DNA of 64,000 bases from an uncultured Candidatus Binatia bacterium (GTDB lineage Bacteria > Desulfobacterota > Binatia > HRBIN30 > CADEER01), in contig CAYVUV010000028.1 in assembly GCA_964455095.1 (NCBI GenBank), forward strand, positions 9,012 to 73,011, given 5' to 3'. Positions within the stretch are counted from its first letter, which is position 1; each line of letters opens with the position of its first letter. The notes under the pieces are model-generated. The model searched no databases. It saw only the letters and a list, made by a program, of their open reading frames with translations, and was not told where the DNA came from. Made by a program: the position numbers and the translations under genes. This document shows, in pieces, positions 60,622 through 64,000 of the stretch.

Positions 60622-61958
60622 TCCGAGCCTCGAAGGGCACCGGCCACGCTCCGTAGCGAGCCGACGAAATAGGCGTGGCGCCAGTAACCGGGCAACGCGT
60701 CGGCTTCCGGGAGTCTGCCGAGCTGTTCGTCGCGGAACCGGACGTCGAGCTTGCCGTCGCGCATGACGGCCCAGGGTGCCGCGGCGCCGCGCGCCTTCAT
60801 CACCGCGGCGTTCTGATCGAGAACGAGCTGGATCGCGTCCTCGTAGCGGGCGTTGTGGAACGCCGCCGCGAGCTGAGTCCACCGTTGTCCCGATTCGGGG
60901 TCGTCGTTCCCTGCGCGCAGGTCCGGCTCGAGCGCCTCGGTTGCCTCGATGTCGACCGTGCGCCGCGGCGCTGCGCCCCAATGCTGGCGAACGTCCTTGG
61001 CTATCTGCGCCGGCGTTTGACCGTCGCATCCGAGCAGATGTTCGAAGAACGCGGCCGCGGGGGCCAGGAGCAATTCCGCGGTGCGGATGCGCTCGAGTTG
61101 GAAGGCGAGTTGGTCGCCAACTTCGCCGCGCTTCCGGGCGCGCATGGCCAAGGCGCGCATCGACTCGGGCGTGAGCGACCAGTCGTCCTCCTCGAGCGTC
61201 TCGGTCAAGAGCTCCGCGAACACCTGTTGCCTGCCCTGCGTGCCGCGGTTGGGATCGAGATCGCCACGGCCGCCGTGCAGGAGGTGCTCGCGGTAGAGGT
61301 CGCGCTCCGCCGCACGGAGGGTGCCGAGGGCCTTGGCGACACCTTTGAGTACTGCCGCATCCTTTCGGACATCGAGGGGGTACGCATCCGAGCGCAGGCG
61401 ATCCACGATGCCCCGAACGGTGCGTGCTCCAGCCGATTCGAGTACCGGCACCAGGCTGCGCTCGACCACGAGTCTGGCTGGTACTGTGAGGCGAGTGGGG
61501 TCGCCTTCCAGGAGGCCGGATGCCTTCGCCGGGATCGTGTACAGGCCCCAGAGCCCGTAGATTTTCTGGTTGCCGAGAATCTGGGCGTTGGCATCGAGGC
61601 CGAGGCGAACCCGATCGTCTTCGGCGAGCCGGCGCCACACGCGTTCCGTGCCGCGGAAGGCGCGCTCTTTGTTGACGTGGGCGCGCGCGTACGCGGCGAG
61701 CTGTTCCCACTTCAGGAAGGTCGCAAGGTCCCCCGCGGTGCCGCCTTCTTCAGCCACCCGCTCGGCGAAGTAGTAGCCGAGCAGCAGCACGGTGAAGTCG
61801 CGCACCGAATTGCTCACGGTGGTCAGGTTCGCAATGACGTGGCGCCCGAGCCGTGACCAGAGCGCCTGCACGCCGAGAGGATCCCGCGATCCCTTGATCG
61901 CGGCGCGCGAATCGAGCTGCGTGAGGAATGGCGTCGTGAGGGGGCCGGTGTTTTTCAC
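60618..61958 (-). CDS. Orphan 446-aa protein of the nuclease-helicase operon (no recognisable family)
   Basis: The GTG at 61958 overlaps the HNH stop (GTGA), and there is no in-frame ATG for about 280 codons. The sequence begins VKNTGPLTTPFLTQLDSRAAIKGSRDPLGVQALWSRLGRHVIANLTTVSNSVRDFTVLLLGYYF. Composition is protein-like and mostly helical-looking. Confidence 0.7.
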   Translation of the reverse strand: MKNTGPLTTPFLTQLDSRAAIKGSRDPLGVQALWSRLGRHVIANLTTVSNSVRDFTVLLLGYYFAERVAEEGGTAGDLATFLKWEQLAAYARAHVNKERAFRGTERVWRRLAEDDRVRLGLDANAQILGNQKIYGLWGLYTIPAKASGLLEGDPTRLTVPARLVVERSLVPVLESAGARTVRGIVDRLRSDAYPLDVRKDAAVLKGVAKALGTLRAAERDLYREHLLHGGRGDLDPNRGTQGRQQVFAELLTETLEEDDWSLTPESMRALAMRARKRGEVGDQLAFQLERIRTAELLLAPAAAFFEHLLGCDGQTPAQIAKDVRQHWGAAPRRTVDIEATEALEPDLRAGNDDPESGQRWTQLAAAFHNARYEDAIQLVLDQNAAVMKARGAAAPWAVMRDGKLDVRFRDEQLGRLPEADALPGYWRHAYFVGSLRSVAGALRGSE

Positions 61959-62731
61959 GCAGGAGTTGCCTTGAAGACCTTGGCCCTGTGCCAGGGCAAG
62001 TAGATGCGATGTGCATCGGTGAGGGCGCGGACCCGCAAGCTCGAGTCGATGCCGAGCAGCTTGCGCGCGGCATCGCCAAGCCCTGCTGACACGAGCACCG
62101 TGCCGTCGTCGGCCACGGTGATGAAACCGCAGTCGAACGCAGCGTCCAGGTGCGGGGCGAGCAGGAGGCCGTTGAAGACGTCGAGGCGCTCGGCATCGGT
62201 GGCGCAGTCCGCCCACGGCTTGATGTGGCTGGCGCGCAGGAGCTCGGGGACGGCGAGGCCGGTGATGGCGCAGCGGCCTTCCCAGTACTCGAGGAGGCCT
62301 CGGCGAAAGATGTCCTGGCCGACGCGTTGGACGACCAGGCGCTCGGCCTCGGTGGTTCTCGGCAGCGCGGCGGTCTGCTTCTCGAAGGTGTGGAGGAGCT
62401 CGTCGGGTAGCGTCTTGCTGAGCTGGAAGGCGCGGCGAAGCAGGCGGTGGAGTACTGAGATGTCGGTGACGGCCCGGCCGTCGAGGGCTCCATTCGGGAG
62501 CGGGGCGGCCGCGGGCGTGCCGTATTCGCCGAGCGCGCGGGCAACGTTCTGCTGCGAGAAGGCGGCGAGAAAGACGGCTTCGCCGGAGCTACCGACCCAG
62601 ATGCGCAGCGGGCACTGCGTGCTCGCGAAGCCGAGCCAATTTCCTTCGCGCGGCAGGTCCTGGTCAAAGCCGTTGTCAACGGCGGCCTTTTCCAGGCGCG
62701 AGGCGATGACGGGCGAGAAGGCGATGGTCAT
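61955..62731 (-). CDS. HNH endonuclease (HNH_2 / McrA-like C-terminal domain) with an uncharacterised N-terminal domain
   Basis: RVGQDIFRRGLLEYWEGRCAITGLAVPELLRASHIKPWADCATDAERLDVFNGLLLAPHLDAAFDCGFITV is the PF13391-type HNH signature. The ATG overlaps the DUF1016 stop (ATGA). Confidence 0.85.
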   Translation of the reverse strand: MTIAFSPVIASRLEKAAVDNGFDQDLPREGNWLGFASTQCPLRIWVGSSGEAVFLAAFSQQNVARALGEYGTPAAAPLPNGALDGRAVTDISVLHRLLRRAFQLSKTLPDELLHTFEKQTAALPRTTEAERLVVQRVGQDIFRRGLLEYWEGRCAITGLAVPELLRASHIKPWADCATDAERLDVFNGLLLAPHLDAAFDCGFITVADDGTVLVSAGLGDAARKLLGIDSSLRVRALTDAHRIYLPWHRAKVFKATPA

Positions 62732-63957
62732 GGCTTGCGTCCCTTGCGCTTCGTCGCTGGCTTTCGGGCCCTGCTCCTCCTCTCGCCAGATTCGCCACCA
62801 GCTTTGTGGCGAATTGCAGCTTCTGCTGAGGGCGCGGCGGGGTCGCTCGGTGCGAGCTGTGCGTAGAGCTCGTGGAGCTTTCGCCGCAAGAGCGCCCTCG
62901 GCGGCAGCACGGTCTGGTACTCGGCCACTAGCGCAGGCGACAGGGTACGGCTGAGGGCATACTCGACGACTTCGTTGTCCTTCGTCGCGCAGAGCAGGAC
63001 GCCGATCGAGGGCCGCTCCTGTGGCTTCTTCACGTCGCGATCGAGCGCCTCCAGGTAGAAGCTCAGTTTGCCAAGGTCTTCGGGGCGGAATTCGCGGACC
63101 TTCAGTTCGAAGGCGACGAGGCAGGTCAGGCCGCGGTGGAAGAATACGAGGTCGATCGCGAAGTCCTGGTTGCCAACCTGCACCGGGTACTGGGATCCGG
63201 CGAAGCAGAAGTCGCGACCAATCTCGGTGATGAAGCGGCCCAGGTTACGCAGTAGCGCGCCGTGCAGGTCGGCTTCTGAGTGGCCATTCGGCAGGTCGAG
63301 GAACTCGAGGGTGTAGGCGTTCTTGAAGTTCTCGAGGGCGGTCGGGTGAATTTGTGTCAGCGCCGCTGACACTTTCTTCGCGCTGAGTTCTCGTCGGCGG
63401 AAGGCTTGGCTGCGGAGCTGGCGTTCCAGCTCGCGCGAGGTCCAATCATCCTTGATCGCTGCCAGCATGTAGAACTGGCGTTCCTCGCGGAGCTTCGTCT
63501 GGCTGAGGATGAGGAGGTGATGGGTCCAGGGCAATTGTGTCAGCAGCGCTGACACTTTCTTCTCGTCCCGGTAGACTTCGTAGAATTGCCGCATCCGAAA
63601 CAGGTTGCGGCGCGTGTAGCCGCGCATGCCGGGATACTCGCGCGCGATCGTGGCGGCGAGCTCGTCGACCACCCCGTCGCCCCACTCGGCGGTCACGATC
63701 TTCTTGCTGATGTACTCACCGAGTTGCCAGTACAGCCCGACCAGCTCAGTGTTGACGGCTTGGTACGCGCGTCGCCGGGCTGCCTCGATGAGTGCGAGGA
63801 CCTCGTCGAACTTCCCAGCGGAATCGAGCGCGGTTGATTGTCGCCGCGGCGCGGCGACAATCTGGGCGTCCCCAATACTGGCCGACGTTTGTCTCATCGC
63901 TGATGAGACTTTCTTCGCCCCTGCTTTCGGGGGCTTCTTGCGCGGCGGCTTTGTCAT
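62728..63957 (-). CDS. DUF1016 / YhcG-family PD-(D/E)XK nuclease-like protein
   Basis: AYQAVNTELVGLYWQLGEYI...GYTRRNLFRMRQFYEVY...LPWTHHLLIL...ERQFYMLAAIKDDWTSRELERQL, then C-terminal FAIDLVFFHRGLTCLVAFELKVREF (D...ExK), follows the YhcG layout. It has a Lys-rich N-terminal tail. There are only 43 nt of upstream sequence in the window. Confidence 0.85.
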   Translation of the reverse strand: MTKPPRKKPPKAGAKKVSSAMRQTSASIGDAQIVAAPRRQSTALDSAGKFDEVLALIEAARRRAYQAVNTELVGLYWQLGEYISKKIVTAEWGDGVVDELAATIAREYPGMRGYTRRNLFRMRQFYEVYRDEKKVSALLTQLPWTHHLLILSQTKLREERQFYMLAAIKDDWTSRELERQLRSQAFRRRELSAKKVSAALTQIHPTALENFKNAYTLEFLDLPNGHSEADLHGALLRNLGRFITEIGRDFCFAGSQYPVQVGNQDFAIDLVFFHRGLTCLVAFELKVREFRPEDLGKLSFYLEALDRDVKKPQERPSIGVLLCATKDNEVVEYALSRTLSPALVAEYQTVLPPRALLRRKLHELYAQLAPSDPAAPSAEAAIRHKAGGESGERRSRARKPATKRKGRKP

Positions 63958-64000
63958 CGCTGGCCCTTCTTGTCCGCAGCGGGGCGGGTGTCAGGGTGCG

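Noticed and set aside
54673-63957. Assigning the SNF2+PLD operon to DISARM, Dpd, Mokosh or a SauUSI-like type IV enzyme.
   Set aside because: The required partners are not present in the visible operon: DrmA, DrmB (DUF1998) and a methylase for DISARM; a DpdA TGT for Dpd; an SF1 helicase for Mokosh; a single-chain architecture for SauUSI. This rejection is by eye only, and genes beyond nt 64000 could change it.

Overview
GC-rich bacterial chromosomal window. An NtrC-type sigma-54 activator and a sigma-54 promoter argue against Actinobacteria; I cannot place the lineage further by eye. All family assignments come from motifs read off the ORF translations. No database search was run.

(1) nt 1-26417: one co-directional, tightly packed extracellular contractile injection system (eCIS, phage-tail-like) locus. 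In gene order it encodes:
- sheath (cut by the window edge) and tube;
- a DUF4255 cap-like protein and an AAA+ ATPase;
- an embedded 1149-aa DUF4157/HExxH protein with an HNH-like motif, a candidate cargo toxin;
- a tube-initiator-like protein and a LysM-like protein;
- a split spike (gpD-like plus gpV-like), PAAR and gp25;
- two gp6/J-like paralogues and a gpI-like protein;
- a beta-helix fibre candidate.

(2) nt 26.7-34.4 kb: a small SARP/BTAD regulator, an HD hydrolase, a 1229-aa patatin-like phospholipase interrupted by a polytopic membrane block, and a GHSMG lipase-like hydrolase. The two divergent promoters here share a conserved dyad-repeat motif.

(3) nt 34.5-54.6 kb: mostly housekeeping or accessory genes. 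These are an RCK K+ channel with an odd filter, WS/DGAT, a beta-propeller/di-haem protein, a GNAT-like protein, a sensor kinase with an NtrC-type regulator, Coq4-like, a CDP-alcohol transferase, vapBC, a SAM methyltransferase, msrB, a caspase-fold protein with an EF-hand, and a hydrolase-cyclase fusion. A roughly 165-bp MITE-like element family is scattered through the intergenic gaps.

(4) nt 54.7-63.96 kb, minus strand: a six-gene operon chained by ATGA/GTGA overlaps. It runs DUF1016 PD-(D/E)XK, HNH, an orphan 446-aa protein, a two-HKD PLD protein, an SNF2 ATPase, then a 124-aa protein. I consider this the best candidate for an undescribed defence system. It may continue beyond the window.

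No rRNA, tRNA or CRISPR array was recognised.
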